Below are positions 48,172-56,951 of a DNA stretch of 64,000 bases, in pieces; positions within the stretch are counted from its first letter, which is position 1, and every line of letters begins with the position of its first letter. A model generated the notes under the pieces. That model saw nothing but the letters and a program-made list of their open reading frames with translations. It ran no database searches and was not told where the DNA came from. The DNA lies in IMG/VR virus record IMGVR_UViG_3300031133_000403; one strand, 5' to 3'. This DNA is from an uncultured virus (IMG/VR IMGVR_UViG_3300031133_000403) (Duplodnaviria; Heunggongvirae; Uroviricota; Caudoviricetes). The position numbers were made by a program, and so were the translations under genes.

Positions 48172-49767
48172 TCAGTCCTGCGACTTGATCATCGTCAGGT
48201 CGCGCGTCTCGAGGAACTCCACGAAGCCGTCCTCGCGGTCCTCCTCGGTCGGATCCGTACGGGCCTGGATGACGAAGTACGTCTCGCCGTCCTCCGTGCA
48301 ACTGCCGTTCCCTTCGCCGATGGCGTCGGCCTTGAGCTTGTACGGGCCTCCCCAGTTGAACTCATCCTCGTTCGGACCGACCCACCATCCCCATCCGTCC
48401 ACGGTGCCCTTCATGGCCGCCATGATCGCCTGTTCGCGTTCGATGCGCGCCTTGCCGGCCGCGATCTCCACGGGGTCGGTGGTCTGCGGGCTGGCGAGCA
48501 GATCCTCGATGCGTTCCACGAGCGCCTGCCGATCCGTGTGCACCTCGTCCCATTGGTCCGTCCTGTCGACGTCCGTCCAGCTTCCACGCAGTCCGAATGC
48601 GCCCTCGTGCGGCCAGCGCGCGTTCACCACGTATCCGGCATGATTCTCGCGAGGCGCGTACCCCACCACGTCCAGCGTCCACGCGCCCTTTTCGTCGGGA
48701 CCCTTGAGCTTCACCTCGTGATGTCCGCGAACCACCGAACGCACGGCGAGCTCGAGATCGTGAGCCGGCGTGGCATGGTCGTCGTGCGCCCACAGGGGAT
48801 AGGCCTCGCCCATGATGCGGCACGCCGCGACCGGCAGATCGAAGTGCCGACCGTCCACGAGGGTGTACCTGCCCCCCATGCCCCCGACGCCTTCGGGGCC
48901 ACGCGACGCGCCCGATGCCACCCTGGACTCGTCGTTGGCGGCCATGAACGCGTCGGCGAGAGTCCTCATCGTCCTCACGCGCACCACGATCGCGTCCTCG
49001 ATCTCGTTCGCGTCGCAGCCCGACATGCAGGTCATCGCTATGCCATTGCCGATCGCGCCCCTGAACGCGGACAGCCGCAGCGAGGGGTTCGCGTCGTCGT
49101 GCAGTGGGCACCGCACCATCTGCGTGCCGTCGCCCTGGAACGCTCGGTCCGGTTCCAGCACCCCGGCGATCACGGACGGCGTCAGGTCCGGAGACCGGAT
49201 GGCATGCCGCAGTTTCCGTCCGCGTTCCGCGTATCGTATTCCGCGGCGCACGGACTCGCTCTTCATCGACCAGAAGAGCGTTTCGAGATCGAGCCCGGGG
49301 CGACGCCGCCGCGGTGCCGTCGAGGAGGCCGCGGCCGCGACCGTGGGCATGGTTTCCACGGTTCGTGGCGACTTCGATTCCGCGTACCGTCTGATGGCTT
49401 CGGTCATGACGGTGCGCTGGGCCTCGTTGGGCACGTGGTCGAAGCCGTCTCCGCGGAACTCGTAATTGTCCACGAATTCGGCGACGTTCCGCGGGGCGTC
49501 CGCCAGATAGCCGTGGATCGCGTCCTCCAGAAGGGCATGCGTGTCGTGGTCGATGCGCCGTCCGTCGTGCCTGTATGCGTCGACGAAGGCCCTCACGTCG
49601 TCATGCGCAGCCGGGGGAGCGGCATGCGCCGTGGCCATCGCCGACCAGTGCTCATGTCCGGCTTCGCGCGCGACGGCGTCCAGCGCCTGCTGATGCGTGA
49701 CGCCACCGGTCCTGGAGCGCAGCTTGGCTTCGCGGCGCGCGGCCGCGATCGTGTCGTGTGTAGGCAT
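48172..49767 (-). CDS. Multidomain protein with a primase-type Zn-finger-like segment
   Basis: N-terminal AK......THQQALDAVAREAG..HW helical domain; internal CPLHDDANPSL...CMSGC. Confidence 0.6.
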   Translation of the reverse strand: MPTHDTIAAARREAKLRSRTGGVTHQQALDAVAREAGHEHWSAMATAHAAPPAAHDDVRAFVDAYRHDGRRIDHDTHALLEDAIHGYLADAPRNVAEFVDNYEFRGDGFDHVPNEAQRTVMTEAIRRYAESKSPRTVETMPTVAAAASSTAPRRRRPGLDLETLFWSMKSESVRRGIRYAERGRKLRHAIRSPDLTPSVIAGVLEPDRAFQGDGTQMVRCPLHDDANPSLRLSAFRGAIGNGIAMTCMSGCDANEIEDAIVVRVRTMRTLADAFMAANDESRVASGASRGPEGVGGMGGRYTLVDGRHFDLPVAACRIMGEAYPLWAHDDHATPAHDLELAVRSVVRGHHEVKLKGPDEKGAWTLDVVGYAPRENHAGYVVNARWPHEGAFGLRGSWTDVDRTDQWDEVHTDRQALVERIEDLLASPQTTDPVEIAAGKARIEREQAIMAAMKGTVDGWGWWVGPNEDEFNWGGPYKLKADAIGEGNGSCTEDGETYFVIQARTDPTEEDREDGFVEFLETRDLTMIKSQD

Positions 49768-49994
49768 GGGGGTATGGTCCTTCCTTCCCATGTCGAGAAG
49801 CACGTCGTCCGCTCACGTGCCCGACATGTGGTTGGTCGGGCCTGTGCAGTTGGCATTGCGAATTGCGCTCCCATGGGGTTCGTCATGGCGGACGACCGGC
49901 CGGCGCTTGGCGGCACGAACACTGGACTGCCCCCGATCGCGTCGAGGGTCAATCCTTAAACCAAAAGGGGAGGTCGGACGTCGCCGATCGTCCG

Positions 49995-50702
49995 TCAGGC
50001 CGCGAGCGCGAGCTTCAGCGCGGCCTTGCCGACGATCTCGCGCACGACGTACGTCGTGAGCTGTTCGGGCGTCGCGTGCGGCATGTTGGGCGGATCGTAC
50101 TCCATCCACACCGTGATGCGCTTCTCGCTGCTCGTCCAGCCGTTCTCGGCCTTGGTCTCCTGCCACAGCTGATCGAAGCTGCTGCCGATCGACTCCAGGT
50201 GCGCCTGCTTGACGTCCGTCCAGTCGGACACCGACATGTCCAGCACGTCGTAGGTGCGCGCCTCGTGGATGACGCCCTCCGGGGTCATGAACTGCGTCAC
50301 CCACGCTCCGCGGATGGTCTGCCAGGTCCCTCTGGGCCCTTCGAACTGCGTCCAGCCCTTCCTCGGCTCGACCTGCATGCGGTGTCCGGGACTTCCCTTG
50401 GGATAGCCGATGCCGTCGTCGTATCCGTGGACGTTGCGGTGTATGTAGTCCCTGATGGTCGATGGCTCGACCTTGAGGCGACGGTCGTAGTGCGCCTCCT
50501 CGATGTTTTCCCAGCTGGTGTTCAGGAGATCGCACAGCGACACGTGCATGGTCTCGCCCGACGGAGGCCTGATCTGCACCGTGCGGCCGTACCGCCAGAG
50601 CCACTGTTCGCCGAAGATGGTCAGCTTGCGCATGCCGCGTGGAACCGGGGCCGCCGTGAACTTCGGGTCGTCGCCCCGTACGCGCTGCTTCCTGTCGCCC
50701 AT
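49995..50702 (-). CDS. Hypothetical protein
   Basis: 235-aa ORF, AAAAGGGA RBS. Confidence 0.6.
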   Translation of the reverse strand: MGDRKQRVRGDDPKFTAAPVPRGMRKLTIFGEQWLWRYGRTVQIRPPSGETMHVSLCDLLNTSWENIEEAHYDRRLKVEPSTIRDYIHRNVHGYDDGIGYPKGSPGHRMQVEPRKGWTQFEGPRGTWQTIRGAWVTQFMTPEGVIHEARTYDVLDMSVSDWTDVKQAHLESIGSSFDQLWQETKAENGWTSSEKRITVWMEYDPPNMPHATPEQLTTYVVREIVGKAALKLALAA

Positions 50703-50749
50703 CGTGAAATCCCTTTTCTACAATCCAACCCTGTCAATACCGCATCCGA

Positions 50750-50778
50750 TTGACGGATCGCTTCTGTTTCACCATCCT
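50750..50778 (+). promoter_or_regulatory. Sigma70-like promoter
   Basis: TTGACG-N17-CATCCT upstream of DUF805 gene. Confidence 0.6.
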
Positions 50779-50806
50779 GAAACCTGGGAAGAAAAGGGGA
50801 AGTCGC

Positions 50807-51265
50807 ATGGATCCGTTTACGCTGGCGTTCGTCCCGGGAGGTCGCATCGGCCGCCTGAACTACTTCCTGGTGTTCCTGGCGCTCTTCCTCGTCTCGCTCC
50901 TCGCCCTGATCGTCATGATCTTCACCGTCGGGTTCTCGATCCTGGCGTCGGGAAATCCCGGCGCGGCGGGTATGGGCATGGCCATGGGCATGACCTTTCT
51001 GTCCATCGTCGCGCTGTACCTGGTGTCCCAGTACGTATCGGTCGTGGTGACGGTGAAGCGGCTCCACGACATCGGCCTGTCGGGTTGGCATGCCGCCTGG
51101 ATATACGCCATCGGTCTTCTCGACGGCATTCTCCTGTCGTCGGACGGCATCGTCTCGTCGCTTCTGGGAGTCCTTCTGGGCCTCGTGTGGCTTGGTGCCT
51201 GGATCTGGCTGCAGGCGACCCCCGGCGAGGCGACGGCGAACGAGTACGGCTACGCGCCCTCCTGA
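50807..51265 (+). CDS. DUF805 inner-membrane protein
   Basis: GRIGRLNYF, VKRLHDIGLSGW, PG....N.YG. Confidence 0.88.
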   Translation: MDPFTLAFVPGGRIGRLNYFLVFLALFLVSLLALIVMIFTVGFSILASGNPGAAGMGMAMGMTFLSIVALYLVSQYVSVVVTVKRLHDIGLSGWHAAWIYAIGLLDGILLSSDGIVSSLLGVLLGLVWLGAWIWLQATPGEATANEYGYAPS

Positions 51266-51272
51266 CGGCCGC

Positions 51273-51524
51273 TCAGGCGGCCAGTCGTCGCTCGATGGCC
51301 CGCCGTATGCTTTCCTCGCTGCAGCCGCCCGAGCAGTGGAACGCGACGTCGCCGGGTTCGATCTCGCACATGATCAGCGTGCCCCAGCGGTCGTCGTGCG
51401 CCGGGCATCGGCATCCGCCGAAGTCGCCATGTACCGCGGTCATGTCCAGGACCTCGCCTATGCGTTGCAGCGTGAGATTCTGCGCAGGCGGCAGGGGGCG
51501 TGGGACCAGTCGGAGTGCCGTCAC
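51273..51524 (-). CDS. Small stand-alone primase-type Zn-finger-like protein
   Basis: CRCPAHDD...FHCSGGC. Confidence 0.55.
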   Translation of the reverse strand: MTALRLVPRPLPPAQNLTLQRIGEVLDMTAVHGDFGGCRCPAHDDRWGTLIMCEIEPGDVAFHCSGGCSEESIRRAIERRLAA

Positions 51525-51615
51525 GGTCGTTTCTCGATCATGATTTCAGTGGATGCCCCTCAACGTGTTGCAGCGCGGCGTGTTCCATGTCCGAATCGGA
51601 CCAATGCCTCGCATG

Positions 51616-51644
51616 TTGACGATCCAGGCCCTCGGCGTCATCCT
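51616..51644 (+). promoter_or_regulatory. Sigma70-like promoter
   Basis: TTGACG-N17-CATCCT upstream of second DUF805 gene. Confidence 0.6.
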
Positions 51645-51674
51645 CAAATCCCTAATGCACATCGGGAAACGCGC

Positions 51675-52157
51675 ATGGATCTGAAATTTCGCCACGAACT
51701 GCGCCACGATCTGCTCGATCTGAACCTGCGCGGCATCTTCCTGAACTGGCATGGTCGCCTGTCCAGGGTCGCGTTCGTGGGCATGCTTGTCGTCATGTCC
51801 CTCGTCGCCGTTCCCGCGTGGTACGGCATGGTCGTCATGTGGAGCGTGGTCGCCCGCATGGCAGGGCCTGGAAGTCTCGTGGTCGCCCTGCCGGTGATGG
51901 GCGTCGTCCTTGCGGCCAACGCCTTCGTGGCCGGGTGTCTGGTCGCCAAGCGTCTCCACGACGCCGAGCGGTCGGGCGTTCACGTGTGGTGGCTGATGAC
52001 TGTGCTCGTGCCGGCGGCTCTCGTCTGGGCCATGGAGGTTCCCGGCGGATGGAGTCTGGCGCTGCGCATCGTCGGCGGCGTGCTCGCCGCAGCCCTCGTC
52101 ATGATGCCGGGCAGCCGGGACGTGAACCGATACGGAACCGTCGACTACTGGGGCTGA
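51675..52157 (+). CDS. DUF805 inner-membrane protein
   Basis: GRLSR, AKRLHDAERSG, PG....NRYG. Confidence 0.85.
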   Translation: MDLKFRHELRHDLLDLNLRGIFLNWHGRLSRVAFVGMLVVMSLVAVPAWYGMVVMWSVVARMAGPGSLVVALPVMGVVLAANAFVAGCLVAKRLHDAERSGVHVWWLMTVLVPAALVWAMEVPGGWSLALRIVGGVLAAALVMMPGSRDVNRYGTVDYWG

Positions 52158-52169
52158 GTGCACACTGCA

Positions 52170-52244
52170 TGGTGGCCCCTACGGGGATCGAACCCGTGCT
52201 TGCGCAGTGAAAGTGCGCCGTCCTAACCACTAGACGAAGGGGCC
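52170..52244 (-). tRNA. tRNA-Glu (anticodon UUC)
   Basis: GGCCCCTTCGTCTAGTGGTTAGGACG-GCGCA-CT-TTC-AC-TGCGC...GGTTCGATCCC...GGGGCCACCA; 75-nt cloverleaf with encoded CCA. Confidence 0.95.
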
Positions 52245-52264
52245 TTTTCCGGCTTCTTCGATGC

Positions 52265-52339
52265 TGGTGACTCCAACGGGATTCGAACCCGTGTTCCGGC
52301 TGTGAGAGAGCCGTGTCCTGACCACTAGACGATGGAGCC
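52265..52339 (-). tRNA. tRNA-Glu (anticodon CUC)
   Basis: GGCTCCATCGTCTAGTGGTCAGGACA-CGGCT-CT-CTC-AC-AGCCG...GGTTCGAATCCC...GGAGTCACCA; 75 nt. Confidence 0.95.
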
Positions 52340-52498
52340 GTCGGCATCTGCCGTGCGGGCTTCCCTGGTGGATGGGTCTCGTCGTCTTCGTCGGGAGGTC
52401 TTGATCCGAAGCGCGCCGTGAACCGGACGCGCCAATGCACGCCGGGTTCAGCCCAGTCGTTCGCGTTCCGAGAAGATTGCGTAGCGGATCATGGAGTG

Positions 52499-52527
52499 AT
52501 CATGCTTCACCGCGCGCCGTGCGTCAA
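52499..52527 (-). promoter_or_regulatory. Sigma70-like promoter for the tRNA pair
   Basis: Minus-strand TTGACG-N17-CATGAT. Confidence 0.6.
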
Positions 52528-53303
52528 GGTGCTAATTCACCACGGGCCACCATGGCGTCCAGATGCGCGCCGATCCGCACCCTGTTCGGGATCATGTCCA
52601 CGGTCAGCAGCGGATGGAGTTCGTCGTCCTCGACCCTCGCCGACAGGATCGTCCGCTTCGCCAGAGTGGCAGGGACCGCGATCAGATCGCCAAGCGATCT
52701 CCCCTCCAGCGTGACGGCCATTGTCTCCGGCATGCGTCTGGCGACGAACAGTCGATCGTCGTCCAGCGCCACGTCGTGGTGGAGCATGATCCGCCGTCCG
52801 TACACGAGGTGGTTCAGCCAGCCGCCGTTGCCGTCGCCGTCAGTCACGTCGTACACGCTCCGACCGATCTCGTACCGCGCATCCGTCGCGCTGCCCTGCT
52901 CGAGCGCTATGGTCTCCAGCGAGTGGAGATCCTGCATCAGGTGCTCCACGGTCATGACGCCATCCTTGCCGTCGAGAAGCCCCCACGGCGTCACGCGCCC
53001 CGGGTCCAGATCCCACGCCTCCTTGACGAGTCGCCGCTGTCGCGAGGCGAACGCCGTGATCGCCGGCCGTGAATTCTCCACGGCCGCACCGATCGACAAC
53101 GCTCTGGCGAAACGGCAATGCACCTTCATCACGTGCCTGTGCAGACTGCCCGTCCAGCCTTCTATCTGCAGGGCCACGTCGGCGATTCCGGTGGCGTGAT
53201 CGTCCTCTTCGACCATCGCCCGAAGCACGCTCACCGCCGGGATGCCGTGCAGCAGCGTCCGCGCCTCGTCGATCAACGCGTTTCTGATCCTCGAACCGAT
53301 CAT
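52524..53303 (-). CDS. Hypothetical protein, LPDT-domain family (GWSxSLH subfamily)
   Basis: EGWTGSLHRH; RMPETMAVTLEGRSLGDLIAVP. Confidence 0.7.
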   Translation of the reverse strand: MIGSRIRNALIDEARTLLHGIPAVSVLRAMVEEDDHATGIADVALQIEGWTGSLHRHVMKVHCRFARALSIGAAVENSRPAITAFASRQRRLVKEAWDLDPGRVTPWGLLDGKDGVMTVEHLMQDLHSLETIALEQGSATDARYEIGRSVYDVTDGDGNGGWLNHLVYGRRIMLHHDVALDDDRLFVARRMPETMAVTLEGRSLGDLIAVPATLAKRTILSARVEDDELHPLLTVDMIPNRVRIGAHLDAMVARGELAP

Positions 53304-53611
53304 GATTTTTCCCGTCCTTCTGGATTCATGCCGTCGCATCGTCCTTCGGGAACCAGCCAGGGCTCGGAGTGCCACCGTTCTGGTGGTCCGCCTACCTCGA
53401 AGGGATAATACCCCCGATCCGGTCTTTTTGGTATCGAGCTGCCGCGACCCGAAGGCCGCGGTCCTCACCGCGTCCTTCCCTGGCGGAGGCGTCGCGGTCC
53501 GTGCGATCGCGTCGCTTCCGCCGCTTTTTGGGGCGTGCGGCGCGACTTCGCGGGAATGGTCCCATGCTTCGCGTTCCAGGCAATGCCATCAGCGTCCCAG
53601 GAGCGTCATGG

Positions 53612-53641
53612 AAAGGCCTCCCCCGCACGGGCGGGGGAGGC
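53612..53641 (-). terminator. Terminator-like hairpin after terB
   Basis: GCCTCCCCCGC-ACGG-GCGGGGGAGGC, short U run on the minus strand. Confidence 0.65.
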
Positions 53642-53649
53642 TGGTCACG

Positions 53650-54102
53650 TCAGAGGAATTCCGACGGGTTGAGGCCGAGCTCGTTGACGATCTGCGTGGC
53701 CGCGTTCCGTTCGTTCTGGTCGAACTCGCCGTCGGCCTTGCCGATCATGACGCACAGCCGCGCGATCGCGCGCGCGGTTTCGACGTTCGCGCGCTGCTTC
53801 GAGATGATGCGGAGCGCCTCGCTGCGGCCCACGTCGGCGTCGAACGAGAAGCGATCCGCATGGTCCGTGAAGGTCTTGATCACCTGGTCCGTCGAGTACG
53901 CCTTGGTCAGCGCCGAGTTCTTGAGGAAGCCCAGCAGCTTGGTCTTCTCGTCGCCGCTGATGTCGCCGTCGGCCGCCGCGATCATGACCGATGCGCCGAC
54001 GAGCGCGTCCAGCGCGCCCTTGTTGGTCAGGCGCGAGAATTCGCCTTCCAGTGCGGCTCCCGCGCCCTGGGCCATGCCCTTTAGCTTGTCGATGAAGCTC
54101 AT
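53650..54102 (-). CDS. terB: TerB-family (tellurite resistance) protein
   Basis: IAAADGDISGDEK, IGKADGEFDQNE, ELGLNPSEF motifs. Confidence 0.85.
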   Translation of the reverse strand: MSFIDKLKGMAQGAGAALEGEFSRLTNKGALDALVGASVMIAAADGDISGDEKTKLLGFLKNSALTKAYSTDQVIKTFTDHADRFSFDADVGRSEALRIISKQRANVETARAIARLCVMIGKADGEFDQNERNAATQIVNELGLNPSEFL

Positions 54103-54177
54103 GTGTTCGTCCTCGTGTTGCCCGTCCGGATGGATCTTCCACGATGCGGCGCCGGACGGTCCGCCGCATCGCTATTC

Positions 54178-54609
54178 CTACCAGCCCTCGGGGAGGGTCA
54201 GGATTATCTCGGTCGTCTCGTCGTCCGCGGAATACGGCCTGACCGCCCTTATCGGCAGATGGCCGACATGCGGCATGTCCACCAGAGCTCCGCAGGGCCT
54301 GCCCACCGCTCCGGCCATCACCGTGTCGGGGAGCAGCATGGGCACGGTTATGATGGCGTGTCCCGTGTGTGCACGACGGTACTCGTAGTCGCCGAAGCGT
54401 CCGAAGTATATGATCATGACGCCGTGCCACGACCCGTCGCCGCACAGGTAGCTGAACAGCGGCATGCCCGGCAGATCCTCGCTCACCCCGTCGTTGCCCC
54501 ATTCCGTGCCTGGTTCGAACGAGGATGGGACGTCGCTCCTCTCCATCCCCCTCTCCGACGCCAGGGCCGCGAAGAGCCCGTCGTCGAAGGGGTTGGACAG
54601 ATGGCCCAT
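54178..54609 (-). CDS. Hypothetical protein, LPDT-domain paralog family
   Basis: LLPDTVMAGAVGRPCGALVDMP. Confidence 0.7.
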   Translation of the reverse strand: MGHLSNPFDDGLFAALASERGMERSDVPSSFEPGTEWGNDGVSEDLPGMPLFSYLCGDGSWHGVMIIYFGRFGDYEYRRAHTGHAIITVPMLLPDTVMAGAVGRPCGALVDMPHVGHLPIRAVRPYSADDETTEIILTLPEGW

Positions 54610-54625
54610 CGCGAGATCTCCGGTG

Positions 54626-54895
54626 TCAGCGGACCGGCGTTGCGGTCGTCAGGTTGGCGGGGGGCACGTCGGCATCGTCCACCTCCTCGAACAGCGAGGA
54701 GCCGAACATCGACTTTCCGAAGGTTTTGATGAGCGCGCCTGCGAGCGTCGCCGCCATCACGCCCGTGTCGACCGGACTGTTTCCGAGGCCGTTGTGTACG
54801 TCGTGCGTCGTGTCGAGCCGCATCTTGATCTGATCGGTCAGGAGCACCGCCTCGGTGATCATCCTGTTGCCGGCATCCGTCGTGCGTATCACCAT
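54626..54895 (-). CDS. Small hypothetical protein
   Basis: AGGAGG RBS, 89 aa. Confidence 0.55.
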   Translation of the reverse strand: MVIRTTDAGNRMITEAVLLTDQIKMRLDTTHDVHNGLGNSPVDTGVMAATLAGALIKTFGKSMFGSSLFEEVDDADVPPANLTTATPVR

Positions 54896-54958
54896 GTCGT
54901 CCTCCTTGGTTGGAGGATGGACAACGCGCGGATCGCCGATGCGTGCCGGACTTCGTCG

Positions 54959-55624
54959 TCAGATGCTGTACGGCTTGTCCACGTGGACCACGATGTCGAT
55001 CTGGATGACGCCCGTGTCGACGATGACCTGGGTGCCCTCCTTTGTGGCGTAGCGCTCCAGGACCGCCGCCAGGGCCAGGGCCTTCTGCATCTGATCGGCG
55101 CGGAACACGTCGCGGTGGGTGAAGGCGTACATGCCGTCCCACCCCATCCGCACGCCTTCGAGGCGATCGGCCCCGAGAACCGCGCACAGCGCCGCGTGCG
55201 CGTCGCCGTAGTGGAAGACCTCGCTTCCCACCGCCGGGACGATCGTCGTCCTCTCCACGCTCGTCGACGCCATCTCCTGTGCGAGATCGCCGACGGGCTT
55301 CATGTGGATCACGCCCCTCTCGTCGCGGGTGGTGAGGATGCCGTTCCTGAACGAGAGCGTCATGCGGTCGTGGGCCTTCGAACGCCAAAGCGTCTGTCCG
55401 TGATCGTGCTTCTCCGCGACCAGCGTTCCCGACTGGGCGAACCGGTGCAGCAGCGGCAGCATTTCGGCGAGCGTCTCCGGCGCCAGCACGACGCTGCCCT
55501 CCGGCGTGGCGATGGTGATGCCGCCCTGCCCCTGCGCTTCCGCCGGCGATTCCAGGACGACGTCCCCGGGCAGCGTGATCGTGGCCACGCCGTCCACGAT
55601 GGTCGCGGGATGCTTATGGGTCAC
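54959..55624 (-). CDS. Hypothetical protein
   Basis: GTG start coupled to upstream stop. Confidence 0.55.
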   Translation of the reverse strand: MTHKHPATIVDGVATITLPGDVVLESPAEAQGQGGITIATPEGSVVLAPETLAEMLPLLHRFAQSGTLVAEKHDHGQTLWRSKAHDRMTLSFRNGILTTRDERGVIHMKPVGDLAQEMASTSVERTTIVPAVGSEVFHYGDAHAALCAVLGADRLEGVRMGWDGMYAFTHRDVFRADQMQKALALAAVLERYATKEGTQVIVDTGVIQIDIVVHVDKPYSI

Positions 55625-55908
55625 GCGGTCTTCCCCTTGCTGGCGTCGATGTACGAATACCGGGTGCGGCAGGCGAGCACGTTGGCGGCCTTGATGTAGG
55701 CCAGGGCCGCCGCCCTGCTTTCGAAGGAGTGGTCCCCGGCGTTCCCGGCGTCGATCGCGACGTGCGGCTCGCAGGCCGGAACCACGACGTGGTCGGCCGT
55801 TCCCATGGCGTGGGCGTGTCCCATGGCCGGGCCGAGGCTGTCGAATCGGGTGACCACGCCCGTTCGTCTGTGCATGCACAGGTGCGACAGGTCGGTGCGC
55901 GGCCTCAT
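55621..55908 (-). CDS. Small hypothetical protein
   Basis: Coupled on both sides. Confidence 0.5.
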   Translation of the reverse strand: MRPRTDLSHLCMHRRTGVVTRFDSLGPAMGHAHAMGTADHVVVPACEPHVAIDAGNAGDHSFESRAAALAYIKAANVLACRTRYSYIDASKGKTA

Positions 55909-56612
55909 GCCTGAGGCACCGGCGTTTCCAGTTCGATCACCGCCGCGTCGAGCGCCTGCAGAAGTCGTTCCTCGAGACCCGGCTTCGGGTTGCCGCGTGC
56001 GTTGCGGTCATCCAGATAGATCTTGAAGCGTCGACCGAATGCATATCCGCTGAGATCGCGCTTGGCGTCCGCGGGCCTGCCGAGCAGGTGGTGCACGCCG
56101 CAGATCGCGTACACGCCTTCGGTCGTCAGCTTGGTCGTGGGCAGTGCCAGGCTGCGCACCACCGCGTCGACCGCCGGCTCGTCGCCGATGTTCATGGGGA
56201 TGGTGCCCGAGGCCATCCAGGCGAAGAGCTGCAGCAGCGTCGACACCGACGCGTCCAGACGGTCGTCGCTGGTCGAACCCCATGCCAGCCGGATCGGATG
56301 GCGCACGCGACCTCCATCCTCCCTCACCCATCCGACGGGGTTGGGGATGGCCACGAACTGCGGCTTCACCAGTTCGACGTGCGCCCTGACCATGTCGCGC
56401 AGCGCGATCACGTCGCGCAGCGGCGCGTATCCCGTCAGGTTGTGGATGGGCGTCACGTCGTAGCCGCGTTGCCCCTTGGCGCCGAGCAGCACCTTCTTCA
56501 TGGCCAGCCGCGCGTTGTAGCGTCGCGCATCCATGTCGGAGTTCCAGTGCTGACCGTCCTTCGCCACGTGGATCGTCCGTTCCTGGCGGCCAACCGCGAA
56601 CAATGCGTTCAT
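55905..56612 (-). CDS. Hypothetical protein
   Basis: MNALFAVG... GGAG RBS. Confidence 0.6.
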   Translation of the reverse strand: MNALFAVGRQERTIHVAKDGQHWNSDMDARRYNARLAMKKVLLGAKGQRGYDVTPIHNLTGYAPLRDVIALRDMVRAHVELVKPQFVAIPNPVGWVREDGGRVRHPIRLAWGSTSDDRLDASVSTLLQLFAWMASGTIPMNIGDEPAVDAVVRSLALPTTKLTTEGVYAICGVHHLLGRPADAKRDLSGYAFGRRFKIYLDDRNARGNPKPGLEERLLQALDAAVIELETPVPQA

Positions 56613-56951
56613 TTTTTCTTCTCCCAACCGGAAATGCCGAGGGCCGCGCCCACCAGTCAAGGCGGACGCGGCCCTCGGCCGCTTCTCGTCGTTTCGTCGT
56701 CTGGACGGCTTCGGGTTACCTCGCGGAGGCGCGCGCCTCGACGATCTCGTCCCAGAGACGCTCCTCCTCCGCATCCTCGAACGGCATGACGACCAGCGTG
56801 GGCGAGCGCGGGATCATCCGGTCCTCGTCCATCGCACGTCCGGTCTGCGCGTTCCTGGTATGCGTCGTCGTCATCGCCCATCTCCCGCCCCACCGTGACC
56901 GTGGTGCATGCCCATCCTGAAAGTTTACGGGATGTTAGGCATTTGGGCAAG

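Noticed and set aside
52170..52339. tRNA as prophage or island attachment site
   Set aside because: No integrase nearby, no duplicated tRNA 3' fragment noticed, and gene style is the same on both sides.
53650..54102. Complete tellurite-resistance (ter) operon
   Set aside because: Only a lone terB-like gene is present; no terA/C/D/Z were recognised.
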